A program made the translations under genes and the position numbers. Source: a bacterium (GTDB lineage Bacteria > Patescibacteriota > Minisyncoccia > Phycocordibacterales > JAKAEA01). Taken from it: a DNA stretch of 64,000 bases. The DNA lies in NCBI GenBank assembly GCA_021818465.1, contig JAKAEA010000001.1:105972-169971 (forward strand), read 5' to 3'. Positions 38,432 through 49,548 of the stretch are shown one piece after another. The number at the start of each line of letters is the position of its first letter. Position 1 is the first letter of the stretch. The notes beneath the pieces were generated by a model that was not told where the DNA came from, did not search any database, and worked only from the letters and a program-made list of their open reading frames with translations.

Positions 38432-39202
38432 ATGTCTTTGCAAAAAAAAATTGCCGATATAATCATTTTCACTGATGGAGCTTCGTCGGGTAACCCTGGA
38501 CCAGGAGGGTGGGGGGCAGTGGTGGCCAAGAAGGGGAGTGAGGTTGTGGAGATTGGCGGTGGTGTTTTGCATACCACCAATAACCGTATGGAACTTACTG
38601 CTGCGATTGAAGCATTGCAATACGTGGCCACAGTTGCTGGTGTAGTTGTAGTTTATACTGATTCTAAATATGTTCGTGATGGTATAGAAACATGGGTGCC
38701 GCTATGGCAGAAGCGCGAATGGAAGACTGCAGCAAAAACCGAGGTGCTTAACCAAGACCTTTGGCAACGGCTTGCTGCGCTTGTTACGGATCGTAAAAAC
38801 AAAGGTTCAATCATGTGGCGTTTAGTTGCTGGTCACAAAAATGTACCAGCGAACGAACGAGTTGATACTATTGCCACAACGTTTGCTGCCGCTAAAAAAC
38901 CGATATTGTTTTCCGGACCATCTACTACCTATACAATTGATCTCACGCCCTTTTTTAATTTAGAAAAAATCGATACGTCATTTCTTGGTTTAGATAATTT
39001 TCAAAACAGTAAAACTAAAACGAAAAAGAAATCTGGGGCACCAGCGTATTCGTACGTTAGTATGGTGCACGGAGTTATTGCTCGACATGCAACATGGCAG
39101 GAGTGCTTTGAACGGGTGCGAGGTGTTTCTGGTGCTCGTTTTAAAAAAGCCCGTTCAAGTGAAGATGAAAAAAATATTATCGCCAACTTTAAAAGTATAT
39201 AA
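38432..39202 (+). CDS. rnhA: Ribonuclease HI with C-terminal hybrid-binding (viroplasmin-like) domain
   Basis: TDGASSGNPGPGG, TNNRMEL, TDS.Y, NERVD; tail TWQEC..RV.G.SGARFKK. Confidence 0.93.
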   Translation: MSLQKKIADIIIFTDGASSGNPGPGGWGAVVAKKGSEVVEIGGGVLHTTNNRMELTAAIEALQYVATVAGVVVVYTDSKYVRDGIETWVPLWQKREWKTAAKTEVLNQDLWQRLAALVTDRKNKGSIMWRLVAGHKNVPANERVDTIATTFAAAKKPILFSGPSTTYTIDLTPFFNLEKIDTSFLGLDNFQNSKTKTKKKSGAPAYSYVSMVHGVIARHATWQECFERVRGVSGARFKKARSSEDEKNIIANFKSI

Positions 39203-39270
39203 ATTTTTTCTACATAATTTTTTAGAAAAAAATCATAACTATTTAAGCTACTGTTCAGTAGGGTGGTAGC

Positions 39271-40875
39271 GTGGGCATTGCTTCATTATTAGTCGCAGTA
39301 CGCCAATCGCTCGTGTATCCCATTACGAGCGGTTTTATTTTCGGTACGCTTATTGGTCCGAGCGTGTCGTCGGTGTTTCTTGCTGGTCTTGTTGCTGCAA
39401 TTTCTGTGGGGCTTATTGTGTGGACTATAGTTACACGAGTAGTACACACAGACAACGATTCCCATCATTTCTCAACTATATTCGTACTCGCAGTGATGAT
39501 GCTTGCTACCGTCGGTGGTGTTGTCGCGTTTTGGATTGCTGTGACAAAACATGGTGATCCAACGTTGGAGCACTATGTTGGTCACTATGTTTTGTATACC
39601 GGTGTGGTAACTGATGATCCAATTGATACTGACACAACCACAAAAGTTGTTGTAACAGTGCAAACACTTTTTAATCAAACTCTGACGAATCCAACAAAAA
39701 TTACTTTTTCTCTTCCGTTATATACAGAGATAGCATACGGTGACGAAATAGGTGGCGGTGGTATTTTAGAAAAACCCAACACGTTCCAAACAGACACCGG
39801 TGGAACTTTTTCCTACGATACCTATCTTGCTGCTCGTCATATTTTTTATACACTTACTAATCCGCACATAACTATTCGTGCACACAAAAAAGGTGGCGCA
39901 ATAAAAACTTTTCTTTTTAATCTCAAGAAGATGTACCTGCAACGACTTGACGTTGTTATTCCATTTCCGGAATCACGTCTGGCGGCAGCTTTAACTATAG
40001 CTGGCAAAGAAGCACTACCTACCAATATTCGTGATGATTTTCTCCGGGCGGGAATTATTCCTATTGTGGTACTTTCCGGTTTTCACGTTACGATAGTTGC
40101 TGAAATGATTGGGTGGCTTGTTGTTATATTTTCTTCGTATATACTTGAGCGTTTTATTCCATCGTTTGTCGCACGCATTTTTTCGTACGCTACTATTATT
40201 ATTGGCATTATGTTTTTTTGTGTAATGGCTGGCGGAGCGGCCGCTATTGTGCGAGGTGGAATTATGGCCGGCGCTGTTGTTACGGCAAAACTGTTTCAGC
40301 GACGCTATAGTGTGTATCGCGCGTTGTGGATATCGGCATTTCTCATGCTTTTAGTCAATCCCCTCTTGACAGTGTATGATGTTTCTTTTCAATTTTCATT
40401 TGTTGCCGTGGCCGGTCTTGTGTATGGTGGACCAATATTTTCACAGGCTTTTTGGTTTTTGCCGGAACGGTGGGGAATTCGTTCGGTTGTTACGTCAACG
40501 ATGGCTGCTCAGTTTTGTGTGGCTCCACTTGCATTGTATGTAATGGGTCAGTGTAGTGTGATTGTGGTAATTACCAATCTATTAGTTTTCTTTTTTATAC
40601 CTCCCACAATGTTTCTAAGTTTTATGACTGCGCTTACCGCATTTTTTTCACCAATTATTTCACTCCCTTTTGCTGCTATTGCTTGGATGTTATTGGCATA
40701 TGAAATTACCGTTGTTCATATTCTTGCATCGTTACCATTTGCCTTTTGGCAATTTCCATCTATTCCAAATTGGACGCTCGGTGTAGCGTATGGCGCCATT
40801 ATTCTTTTTATTGTTCGTTGGTTTGGTTGGAATACTACTTCTTCATTGCCGTCAAAAGATTTTGTTCGGCGATAG
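39271..40875 (+). CDS. comEC: ComEC/Rec2 DNA uptake channel (DUF4131 + Competence domain, no lactamase domain)
   Basis: FSYDTYL, VLSGFHV, VRGGIM, NP..YDVSFQFSF, many TMs. Confidence 0.88.
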   Translation: MGIASLLVAVRQSLVYPITSGFIFGTLIGPSVSSVFLAGLVAAISVGLIVWTIVTRVVHTDNDSHHFSTIFVLAVMMLATVGGVVAFWIAVTKHGDPTLEHYVGHYVLYTGVVTDDPIDTDTTTKVVVTVQTLFNQTLTNPTKITFSLPLYTEIAYGDEIGGGGILEKPNTFQTDTGGTFSYDTYLAARHIFYTLTNPHITIRAHKKGGAIKTFLFNLKKMYLQRLDVVIPFPESRLAAALTIAGKEALPTNIRDDFLRAGIIPIVVLSGFHVTIVAEMIGWLVVIFSSYILERFIPSFVARIFSYATIIIGIMFFCVMAGGAAAIVRGGIMAGAVVTAKLFQRRYSVYRALWISAFLMLLVNPLLTVYDVSFQFSFVAVAGLVYGGPIFSQAFWFLPERWGIRSVVTSTMAAQFCVAPLALYVMGQCSVIVVITNLLVFFFIPPTMFLSFMTALTAFFSPIISLPFAAIAWMLLAYEITVVHILASLPFAFWQFPSIPNWTLGVAYGAIILFIVRWFGWNTTSSLPSKDFVRR

Positions 40876-41431
40876 TCCAATTCAGATTAGCAAAAAAAGC
40901 ATCAATATATTTTTTCTTGTCAGTGCCGTAATCCATATAGTACGAATGTTCCCACATATCAATGCCAACAATATAATGTAGACCATTCAATTGGCCAAGA
41001 TGTTGCTCGTCTATCCAGGCGGTAGTAAGTCGTTTAGATATTGGATCGTAATAGAGTATCGCCCATCCAACACCGCGTGTAGAAGCGATATTTTTAAAGC
41101 GAGTAAGCCAAGCATCGAATGAACCCCATTCTTTCTCTATTTCTTGTCGTAAAGTCGTTTCTGCAACAAGTGGTGCTGATCCTCCCTCCAATGATTGAAA
41201 ATAGTACTCATGGTTTCGCATGCCATTAAATTCAAAGCTGAAACGTCGCTGTAACTCGCTTATAGCATAGGAGTGTTTATCACCATCAGCCTCATACTCT
41301 TTAATTTTTTCGAGAATGAGATTGGCGTTTTTTACATATCCCGAGTACAGCTTGAGGTGTTCAGCTACTGATTTCGCAGATATACCAACTAATTCTGGTA
41401 AAGAAAAAGTTTTTTCCGTGTAGATGTTCAT
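40835..41431 (-). CDS. Fe/Mn superoxide dismutase family protein
   Basis: HLKLYSGYV, NHEYYF, GWA, DMWEHSYY. Confidence 0.92.
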   Translation of the reverse strand: MNIYTEKTFSLPELVGISAKSVAEHLKLYSGYVKNANLILEKIKEYEADGDKHSYAISELQRRFSFEFNGMRNHEYYFQSLEGGSAPLVAETTLRQEIEKEWGSFDAWLTRFKNIASTRGVGWAILYYDPISKRLTTAWIDEQHLGQLNGLHYIVGIDMWEHSYYMDYGTDKKKYIDAFFANLNWTIAEQNLLTAMKK

Positions 41432-41556
41432 AGATTTTTTTATATTTATTTTTTAAAACGTTTTAAAAACGACACTTTTGAGTATACCATTCTCTTTGTT
41501 TTTTCTTGAGAATTTCTTATTCATTTCTTTACTACTCATTCTTTAGACTCATACTG

Positions 41557-42393
41557 ATGAGATCAATATGGTATGAAATGATATTTATTTTTTTTGTGAT
41601 CATCTGCGCTGTTGTTGGATATGTAATTTACTGCGAGTGGCCCACTAATTATATGACACTGGCCATACTGAATGTTGGAAATGGTACTGCTGTGTATGTT
41701 GAATCACCAACACATCAACGTGTACTTATTGATGGCGGTTCCAATCACACTATTCTTGGAGCGGTGCGTACACTCGTACCATTTTACGTTAAAACCCTCG
41801 ATGCAGTATTTTTAACAGGTTCTGGTGATGGTCAAGTTGGCGGTCTCATGGATATTGCGGATGTGTACCATATTAAAAAAATGATTGAAGGGGCCACTAC
41901 GAGTACAATGCTCTATAAAGAATTTAAAAAACATTTAATGCAACGCGGTGTTTCTAGTATCTCTATTCGTCAGGGCGATACTTTAAATTTTAACAACGAC
42001 ATGAATATTTTTGTGTCATACGCACCTGTTTCGGGAACTACAGAAGGTAAAGTTATAATGAAACTTACATTTGGTTCGAGCACCGCAATACTTACTGCTG
42101 GTGAACCAGCGCCATTTGAAGAGTATGTTTTGGCTCGGGATGGTACGCGTAGTCGTGCGGCTGATATTTTAACTACATGGTATAACGGCACAGAGTCTAT
42201 TCCCTCGACAGCTTTTATTAAAGCCGTTTCTCCCCGTTTCTTGGTGGTGTCTGCAGGTTCTAAAAAAGTTTTGAATGTAAAAGCATTTTCAAAAGTTGCT
42301 AGCTCCACGCTACTATTCACTGTTCAAGATGGGCCTATTATTTTTCACTGCACTAAAGAAGTTTGTACTTTAGTGTCGCCCACATCCTTCTAA
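41557..42393 (+). CDS. Stand-alone ComEC-type metallo-beta-lactamase-fold protein, degenerate
   Basis: LNVGNG, VLIDGG, VSP..VVSAG, T..DG.I; metal-binding motif degenerate (TGSGDGQVGG); start uncertain. Confidence 0.75.
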   Translation: MRSIWYEMIFIFFVIICAVVGYVIYCEWPTNYMTLAILNVGNGTAVYVESPTHQRVLIDGGSNHTILGAVRTLVPFYVKTLDAVFLTGSGDGQVGGLMDIADVYHIKKMIEGATTSTMLYKEFKKHLMQRGVSSISIRQGDTLNFNNDMNIFVSYAPVSGTTEGKVIMKLTFGSSTAILTAGEPAPFEEYVLARDGTRSRAADILTTWYNGTESIPSTAFIKAVSPRFLVVSAGSKKVLNVKAFSKVASSTLLFTVQDGPIIFHCTKEVCTLVSPTSF

Positions 42394-42632
42394 ATAACCC
42401 CAGCTTTTTTAAGTGTTATATATACACCGCGCTTATTAATTGTCTTTATAGCTTTTGTGGACAAGAGCAAGCTCACAGTCTTATTCATTTCTGGAATAAA
42501 TATTTTTTTCTTTTGGAGATTGGGATATTTTCTAACTTGGCCAGTTGGATTAAATTGGGTAGCGCGAGTTCGGTTGGAATAACCGCCTCCAACGCGAGAT
42601 CCTTTTTTGGTTACAGGACAAATTTTTGCCAT
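42390..42632 (-). CDS. rpmB: 50S ribosomal protein L28
   Basis: MAKICPVTKK, PNLQKK. Confidence 0.93.
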   Translation of the reverse strand: MAKICPVTKKGSRVGGGYSNRTRATQFNPTGQVRKYPNLQKKKIFIPEMNKTVSLLLSTKAIKTINKRGVYITLKKAGVI

Positions 42633-42703
42633 AAGATTTTTGCGTACTACAAGGCAGCTATAGTATCATGGGTTAGTTGCAAAGGCAACTCACTATAATT
42701 TTT

Positions 42704-43318
42704 ATGCCTCTTTCACCCCTAGAAATCATATTTTTCATCATTATTTTGGTGATGTCTATCGTTATTCATGAGGTTTCTCATGGTTATGCAGCTTTTATTC
42801 AAGGAGATTCCACTGCCGAACGAGCCGGTCGACTCACGCTTAATCCTCTCAAGCATCTTGATCCAATAGGTTCTTTTATTGTGCCAATAATCACCTATTT
42901 TCTTGCTGGAATTCCTTTTGGGTGGGCAAAACCGGTGCCATTTAATCCGTATAATTTACGAAATCAACGTTGGGGAGAAACTATTGTTGCTGCTGCTGGT
43001 CCGGCTTCTAATTTTCTTATAGCTATAGTATTCGCCATAATTGTTCGTGTGAGTTTGTTTTTTACATTGCCGAATTCGTTCATAACCATTTGTGCCAGTG
43101 TTGTATTGATAAATATAGCCCTTGGCCTCTTTAATCTTGTTCCCATTCCACCACTTGATGGTTCCAAAATCCTTTTTGGTTTATTGCCTTTTCGGTATAG
43201 TCAACCTTTTCGTCGAGTATATGAACGCTATTCAATTATTTTATTACTGGTTTTTGTTTTTTTCTTGTCGTACATTTTAAGCCCGATAATTTCTTTTATT
43301 TTTAATCATTTGATATAA
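42704..43318 (+). CDS. Site-2 protease (M50 family)
   Basis: HEVSH, GRLTLNP, AGP.SN, FNLVPIPPLDG. Confidence 0.93.
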   Translation: MPLSPLEIIFFIIILVMSIVIHEVSHGYAAFIQGDSTAERAGRLTLNPLKHLDPIGSFIVPIITYFLAGIPFGWAKPVPFNPYNLRNQRWGETIVAAAGPASNFLIAIVFAIIVRVSLFFTLPNSFITICASVVLINIALGLFNLVPIPPLDGSKILFGLLPFRYSQPFRRVYERYSIILLLVFVFFLSYILSPIISFIFNHLI

Positions 43319-43336
43319 AAAACAATAGTATCTATC

Positions 43337-43365
43337 TTGCCTTTTTTTATCACTTCTGCTAAAGT
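43337..43365 (+). promoter_or_regulatory. str operon promoter
   Basis: TTGCCT-17-TAAAGT with extended TG. Confidence 0.6.
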
Positions 43366-43378
43366 ACACGTTCTAAAT

Positions 43379-43795
43379 ATGCCGACAGTTAATCAATTAG
43401 TACGGCGTCGCCGTAAAAAAGTTTCTCGCAAGCCTCAAGCTGTTGCTTTGCAGCGTTCTTTTAACGTGCTCAAGAACCATCCAGTGTACTTTCCTTCCCC
43501 GTTTAAACGAGGGGTATGTACAAAAGTAACCACCAAAACACCGAAAAAACCTAACTCAGCTATTCGTAAAATTGCCCGTGTCCGTCTTACTAATGGCATG
43601 GAGGTTACCGCCTATATTCCTGGGATTGGTCACAATCTTCAAGAACACTCGGTGGTCGTTCTTCGTGGCGGTAAAGTTAAGGATGTTGGTTTGCGTTATA
43701 CTATCGTGCGCGGTCGTCTTGATGCTGGTGGTGTGGAAAGTCGTCGTAAAGAACGAAGTAACTATGGTGCCAAGAGACCAAAAGAGCAAAAATAA
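43379..43795 (+). CDS. rpsL: 30S ribosomal protein S12
   Basis: [22 protein letters not shown]. Confidence 0.98.
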   Translation: MPTVNQLVRRRRKKVSRKPQAVALQRSFNVLKNHPVYFPSPFKRGVCTKVTTKTPKKPNSAIRKIARVRLTNGMEVTAYIPGIGHNLQEHSVVVLRGGKVKDVGLRYTIVRGRLDAGGVESRRKERSNYGAKRPKEQK

Positions 43796-43809
43796 TCAAT
43801 TTTTCTACT

Positions 43810-44280
43810 ATGCGCCGAAAAATAAAGCGAAAATATCCCGTACTTCCAGATTCACAATATAATTCTGAAAAAATAGCAAAGTTTATTAACTGCGTTATGA
43901 CGTCAGGGAAGAAGAATGCTGCTCGGAAAGTGGTGTATGGCGCTCTCGATGCCATAAAAGAAAAGGCTAAAGTTGAAGATCCTTTAGCTCTTTTTGACGA
44001 AGCGATTCGTAATGTTGGTCCGGCTATGGAGGTTCGTTCTCGACGTGTTGGTGGCGCCAACTATCAGGTGCCGCGCGAGGTACGACCAGAGCGTAAGCAA
44101 GCCCTAGCCATTCGCTGGATTATTGCAGCTGCTCGTTCCAAAAAAGGCCAGCCTATGGCCGTAAAACTTGCTGACGAGTTGATTTCTGCTTCAAAAAATG
44201 AAGGCGAAGCTATTAAAAAACGAGAAAATACTATTAAAATGGCTGAGGCTAATAAGGCTTTTGCTCACTTTGCGTGGTAA
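43810..44280 (+). CDS. rpsG: 30S ribosomal protein S7
   Basis: RRVGGANYQVP, MAEANKAFAH. Confidence 0.98.
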   Translation: MRRKIKRKYPVLPDSQYNSEKIAKFINCVMTSGKKNAARKVVYGALDAIKEKAKVEDPLALFDEAIRNVGPAMEVRSRRVGGANYQVPREVRPERKQALAIRWIIAAARSKKGQPMAVKLADELISASKNEGEAIKKRENTIKMAEANKAFAHFAW

Positions 44281-44292
44281 AATACTTTTTTT

Positions 44293-46437
44293 ATGAACCG
44301 CGACTATCCGCTTGAGTTAGTTAGAAATTTTGGCATCATTGCTCATATTGATGCTGGTAAAACAACAACATCCGAGCGCATTTTGTATTACACCGGTATG
44401 AGTCATAAAATCGGTGAAGTTCATGAGGGCGATACGGTAACCGATTGGATGGAGCAAGAGCGTGAGCGTGGCATCACTATTACCGCTGCGGCCATCACTT
44501 GTTTTTGGAATCCAACGCATGTGAGCGGCGTTGCTTCTCGGAAACACCGTTTTAATATTATTGATACGCCTGGGCACATTGATTTCACCGCAGAAGTAAA
44601 GCGTTCGTTGCGAGTGCTAGATGGTGCTGTTGTTGTTTTTGATGGTGTAGCTGGTGTTGAACCTCAATCAGAAACGAACTGGCGCTATGCCGATGAGGGT
44701 AATGTGCCGCGCATATGTTTCATCAATAAACTCGATCGTATGGGCGCTAGTTTTGAGCGTTCATTCCAATCTATTTTAGATCGTTTGAATAAAAACGCTG
44801 TTCGAATGCAGATCCCTATTGGCACCGAGGAAAATTTTGAGGCCGTCATAGATCTACTCAAAATGAAAGCTTATTATTTTGAGGGTGACATGGGTAATAA
44901 AATTCGTGAAGCTGAAATTCCCACAGAATATCTTGAAGAAGCAAAAAAACGTCGCGGAGAATTGATTGAAAAAATAGTTGAGCAAGACGATGCTCTCATG
45001 AGTGCATACTTGGAAGGTAAGGAGCCATCAATGGATGACCTTAAAAAAACGCTTCGTAAAGCCACTATTGAAGTAAAAATCATCCCTGTTTTTACTGGTT
45101 CCGCATTAAAAAACAAAGGCGTTCAGTTAGTTTTAGACGCAGTGGTTGATTATTTGCCTTCCCCCTTGGATATTCCACCTGTTCACGGTATTGATCCAAA
45201 AAATGGAGAAACTATTTATCGACACGCGTCAGATACTGAGCCGTTTTCAGCTCTTGCATTTAAATTGCAAAATGATCCGTTCGTTGGGGCGCTTACGTTT
45301 TTTCGAGTTTATTCAGGAACAATTGAGGCCGGTAGTTATGTATACAATTCTTCAACAGGAGAAAAAGAACGTCTTGGTCGCATTGTGCGGCTTCAAGCTG
45401 ATAAACGAGAAGAAGTAAAAAAAGTTTTTTCTGGCGAAATTGCAGCAGCAGTTGGTCTTAAAGATACCAAGACATCTCACACGCTTTGTGACGAAGCAAA
45501 TCCAATTATTCTTGATCCAATTAAATTCGTTGAACCAGTTGTTTCGTTACGCATTGAGCCAAAAACCAAAGCAGATCAGGAAAAAATGGGTCTCGCTCTT
45601 AAAAAGCTTTCTGATGAAGATCCAACTTTTAAAATAAGTTCAAACACGGAAACAGGAGAAACTATTATTTCTGGAATGGGTGAATTGCACCTAGATATTA
45701 TGGTTGATCGAATGAAGCGCGAATTTAGCGTTGAAACAAATGTTGGTAAACCGCAAGTAGCGTACAGAGAAACTATCACTGCCGCTGCCGAAGCAGAGAA
45801 TAAATATATTAAGCAATCAGGTGGTAAGGGCCAATATGGTCACGTTAAGATAACGTTGCGCCCAATGGAAAAAATTGAGGAGGGAGAAAAAATTCCCAAA
45901 AATGTCCATCGGTATCAAGATTTTGAATTTATCGATTCAATTAAGGGTGGAGTTATTCCGCAAGAGTTTATTCCTGCTGTTGAAAAAGGTGTAAAAGAAG
46001 CTATGGGACGTGGTATCGTGGCTGGTTTTCCGATGGTTGATGTATCGTGTGAACTAACCTATGGTTCTTATCATGATGTTGATTCTTCTGAAATAGCCTA
46101 TAAAATCGCTGCATCACAGGCTTTTCAAGATGCCGCAAAAAGAGCTAAACCAGTAATTCTTGAGCCAATTATGAAGGTGGAAGTTTCAGTCCCAGAGAAG
46201 TTTTTCGGTGATATTACCGGCAATCTTTCTGGAAAACGAGCGCAAATAGAAGGTTTTGAAGATCGTTCCGGTGGTATTAAAGTTATTAAAGCCACCGTGC
46301 CGCTTGCTGAAATGTTTGGATATACCACACAGTTACGTTCCATGACGGAAGGTCGTGGAAATGCTCCTATGGAATTTTCTCACTACGCTATTGTTCCACC
46401 ACAAGTGGAAAAACAAATCGTAGAGGGGAAAAAATAG
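44293..46437 (+). CDS. fusA: Elongation factor G
   Basis: [25 protein letters not shown]. Confidence 0.99.
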   Translation: MNRDYPLELVRNFGIIAHIDAGKTTTSERILYYTGMSHKIGEVHEGDTVTDWMEQERERGITITAAAITCFWNPTHVSGVASRKHRFNIIDTPGHIDFTAEVKRSLRVLDGAVVVFDGVAGVEPQSETNWRYADEGNVPRICFINKLDRMGASFERSFQSILDRLNKNAVRMQIPIGTEENFEAVIDLLKMKAYYFEGDMGNKIREAEIPTEYLEEAKKRRGELIEKIVEQDDALMSAYLEGKEPSMDDLKKTLRKATIEVKIIPVFTGSALKNKGVQLVLDAVVDYLPSPLDIPPVHGIDPKNGETIYRHASDTEPFSALAFKLQNDPFVGALTFFRVYSGTIEAGSYVYNSSTGEKERLGRIVRLQADKREEVKKVFSGEIAAAVGLKDTKTSHTLCDEANPIILDPIKFVEPVVSLRIEPKTKADQEKMGLALKKLSDEDPTFKISSNTETGETIISGMGELHLDIMVDRMKREFSVETNVGKPQVAYRETITAAAEAENKYIKQSGGKGQYGHVKITLRPMEKIEEGEKIPKNVHRYQDFEFIDSIKGGVIPQEFIPAVEKGVKEAMGRGIVAGFPMVDVSCELTYGSYHDVDSSEIAYKIAASQAFQDAAKRAKPVILEPIMKVEVSVPEKFFGDITGNLSGKRAQIEGFEDRSGGIKVIKATVPLAEMFGYTTQLRSMTEGRGNAPMEFSHYAIVPPQVEKQIVEGKK

Positions 46438-46448
46438 TTCGCCTGCTA

Positions 46449-46478
46449 TTGACGAGTGAATAGCTTTTCTGATAGTAT
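46449..46478 (+). promoter_or_regulatory. Internal promoter for tuf/S10 cluster
   Basis: TTGACG-18-TAGTAT with extended TG. Confidence 0.6.
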
Positions 46479-46607
46479 GGCGGATACCGCTTGTGCGCTG
46501 TTTTTTGTATCTCGTGTACTTTGAGAATACAAGACGCCTCTATCGGTGTGTTCGTTTATAGGCATTTGTTTTTTTATTAACTAAAAATTTAACAACACAC
46601 AACATTT

Positions 46608-47798
46608 ATGACAACTTTTGACAGATCAAAGCCGCACGTTAACGTCGGCACGATTGGTCACGTTGACCACGGCAAGACTACGCTCACCGCCGCTATTCTG
46701 CACGTTCTTAAACTCGCTGGGCAGGATGTTAAAGAAAAAGGCGTTGACGCCATTGACTCAGCTCCAGAAGAAAAAGCTCGTGGTATTACTATTGCGCTCT
46801 CACACAACGAGTACCAAACCGCTAATCGTCACTACGCACATATTGATGCTCCGGGTCATGCTGACTACATCAAAAACATGATTACTGGTGCCGCCCAAAT
46901 GGACGGTGCCGTTCTAGTGGTTGCTGCTACTGATGGAGTTATGCCCCAAACTCGCGAACACATCCTTCTCGCTCACCAGGTTGGTGTGCCAAAAATTATC
47001 GTATTCCTTAATAAATGCGATATGGTCGCCGAGCAAGATCTTATCGATCTCGTCGAAGAAGAAGTTCGTGACGAATTAACAAAACAAGGCTACGATGGTA
47101 AAACAGCCCCCGTTATTCGTGGTTCGGCTCTGAAAGCGCTCGAAGCGAAAGATATTAATGATCAGTGGGCTCAGAAAGTTTTGGAACTCACCAAAACACT
47201 CGATGAATATATCCCTGTTCCGGTTCGCGAAACTGAAAAACCATTTCTTATGCCAGTTGAAGATATCTTCTCCATTGAAGGTCGTGGCACGGTTGTCACA
47301 GGTCGTATTGAACGCGGTATCGTTAAAGTTGGTGATGAAGTTGAAATTGTTGGTCTCAAGCCCATTCAAAAGACTACGATTACTGGTATCGAAATGTTCA
47401 ACAAACAGCTCAATGAGGGTATGGCAGGCGACAACGCTGGTATTCTCTTGCGTGGTTTGAAGAAAGAAGACGTAACTCGCGGTCAAGTGCTTGCTAAACC
47501 TGCTTCTGTTAAACCTCACACAGAATTTGAATCAGAAGTATACATCTTGAAGAAGGAGGAAGGTGGTCGTCACACTCCGTTTTTCAGTGGCTACAAGCCC
47601 CAATTCTATGTTCGCACCACTGACGTGACTGGTGAAGTCACTCTTAAAGAGGGTGTGGAAATGGTTATGCCGGGTGATACGGTAACCTTTAAGGTTAAGC
47701 TCGTTGCGCCAGTTGCTCTTGAAGAAAAACAGCGTTTTGCTATTCGTGAAGGTGGTCACACTGTGGGCGCTGGTGTTGTGACTAAAGTTGTTGCTTAA
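46608..47798 (+). CDS. tuf: Elongation factor Tu
   Basis: [22 protein letters not shown]. Confidence 0.99.
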   Translation: MTTFDRSKPHVNVGTIGHVDHGKTTLTAAILHVLKLAGQDVKEKGVDAIDSAPEEKARGITIALSHNEYQTANRHYAHIDAPGHADYIKNMITGAAQMDGAVLVVAATDGVMPQTREHILLAHQVGVPKIIVFLNKCDMVAEQDLIDLVEEEVRDELTKQGYDGKTAPVIRGSALKALEAKDINDQWAQKVLELTKTLDEYIPVPVRETEKPFLMPVEDIFSIEGRGTVVTGRIERGIVKVGDEVEIVGLKPIQKTTITGIEMFNKQLNEGMAGDNAGILLRGLKKEDVTRGQVLAKPASVKPHTEFESEVYILKKEEGGRHTPFFSGYKPQFYVRTTDVTGEVTLKEGVEMVMPGDTVTFKVKLVAPVALEEKQRFAIREGGHTVGAGVVTKVVA

Positions 47799-47822
47799 TA
47801 TTGTATAGCACATCTGACTATT

Positions 47823-48191
47823 ATGGCCGAAACAACTGTTAAAAAATCCAGAACATCTAAAAAAGCTGTTCCGGCCAAAGAAGGTATTCAACGTTTGCGC
47901 ATTCGGGTGCGAGCATATGAATATAAAGTACTTGATGTTTCTGTTCGTCAAATAATTGACACGGCTTCGCGATATGATGCTGAAGTAATAGGCCCAATTC
48001 CGTTGCCGACAGAAATAAAAAAATATACTGTAAATCGTTCATCGTTCGTTCATAAGAATGCTCGTGAACAATTTGAGATGCGAGTCCATAAGCGCCTCAT
48101 TGATATTATTAATCCTTCCGCAAAGCTGGTTGAGTCTCTGACAAATCTTAGCCTGCCGTCCGGAGTAACCATAGACGTAAAAATCCTGTAA
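47823..48191 (+). CDS. rpsJ: 30S ribosomal protein S10
   Basis: GPIPLPT, REQFEMR.HKRLIDI. Confidence 0.97.
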   Translation: MAETTVKKSRTSKKAVPAKEGIQRLRIRVRAYEYKVLDVSVRQIIDTASRYDAEVIGPIPLPTEIKKYTVNRSSFVHKNAREQFEMRVHKRLIDIINPSAKLVESLTNLSLPSGVTIDVKIL

Positions 48192-48221
48192 ATCACGCAC
48201 TACGGATGTTACACCATTACC

Positions 48222-48851
48222 ATGACTCAAAAATCAGTAAAAAAGTTCGCCTTGGGCGTAAAACAGAACATGTCGCAGGTCTTTATGGAAGATGGTAGTG
48301 TTCGTCCTGTAACAATTCTCAGTACTGGACCGATGACGGTGACAGGAATCAAAACCAAAGAAAAAGATGGTTATAAGGCAGTTCAGGTTGGTTTTGGAGA
48401 GCGTCGTCAAAGAAATATCGCAAAAGCTCAACAGCGACAATTTGGATCGTTGGGTAATTTCCGCCATATTAAAGAGTTTCGAGTTGCTCCAGAGATAGAA
48501 GTAAAAAACGTTGGCGAAAAAATCGATCTTTCTGATTTTTCGGTTGGCGATACGATTGTTGTATCAGCTATTTCGAAAGGCAAGGGTTTTCAGGGTGTTG
48601 TGAAGCGCCACGGTTTTAAAGGCGGCCCTCGTTCTCATGGTCAAAAACATTCTGAACGTGAACCAGGATCAATTTCCGGTGGTTTGCGTACCGTATTGCG
48701 TCACGGCATGCGTATGGCTGGGAGAATGGGTGCGGAACGTATAACTATTAAAAATTTAAAAATTAATAGTATTGATACAACTGCGGGGACTATGTCTGTA
48801 GTTGGTGCGATACCAGGCCGACGCGGCACTCTTGTGGAAATTCGTGGTTAA
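48222..48851 (+). CDS. rplC: 50S ribosomal protein L3
   Basis: KDGY.AVQ, KGKGFQG, MAGRMG. Confidence 0.97.
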   Translation: MTQKSVKKFALGVKQNMSQVFMEDGSVRPVTILSTGPMTVTGIKTKEKDGYKAVQVGFGERRQRNIAKAQQRQFGSLGNFRHIKEFRVAPEIEVKNVGEKIDLSDFSVGDTIVVSAISKGKGFQGVVKRHGFKGGPRSHGQKHSEREPGSISGGLRTVLRHGMRMAGRMGAERITIKNLKINSIDTTAGTMSVVGAIPGRRGTLVEIRG

Positions 48852-48878
48852 TGTTAATTTAGAACGCCATCACACGTT

Positions 48879-49532
48879 ATGAAAGCAACACTATATAACC
48901 AAAAAGGAAAAGAAGTTGAGGAGCTTATGTTGCCTGAAGAAATTTTCGCTATTCCGTGGAATGGCGATTTGGTTCATCAGGTTGTTACGTCGCTTATGTC
49001 TAATGCTAGACCGTCTGTTGCCCACACTAAAACACGCGGTGAAGTCTCTGGTGGTGGTAAAAAACCGTGGCGCCAAAAAGGCACTGGTCGCGCTCGTCAT
49101 GGTTCTACCCGTTCGCCAATTTGGGTACACGGCGGTGTTGCTCATGGTCCACGCAATGAAAAAAATTATGCTCGCAAGGTAAACAAAAAAGCTAAAAATA
49201 AAGCTTTACGTGCTATTTTGACACGAAAATTGCATGATAATGAAATTATTTTTCTAGACAATCTTTCTTTTGCAGAACCAAAAACTAAAGAGGCTCATGG
49301 TGTTGTGCATGCTTTAGCAGCTATTGCTGGATATGAACGTTTAGCTTCTAAAAAAACAAATGCCGCGTTCATTGCGTTACCTCAAAAAGATGTGGCAATT
49401 GAAAAGAGTTTTAGTAATTTTAATAATGTTGAAGTTGGTGAGGTACGCAATCTCAATCCGTTCAATATTTTAAATTACAAGTTTCTTATTATGGCTAATC
49501 CTAAAGAGTCGTTTAAACATATTCCACAATAA
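48879..49532 (+). CDS. rplD: 50S ribosomal protein L4
   Basis: KPWRQKGTGRARHG. Confidence 0.97.
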   Translation: MKATLYNQKGKEVEELMLPEEIFAIPWNGDLVHQVVTSLMSNARPSVAHTKTRGEVSGGGKKPWRQKGTGRARHGSTRSPIWVHGGVAHGPRNEKNYARKVNKKAKNKALRAILTRKLHDNEIIFLDNLSFAEPKTKEAHGVVHALAAIAGYERLASKKTNAAFIALPQKDVAIEKSFSNFNNVEVGEVRNLNPFNILNYKFLIMANPKESFKHIPQ

Positions 49533-49548
49533 ACAATAATTTTTTATC

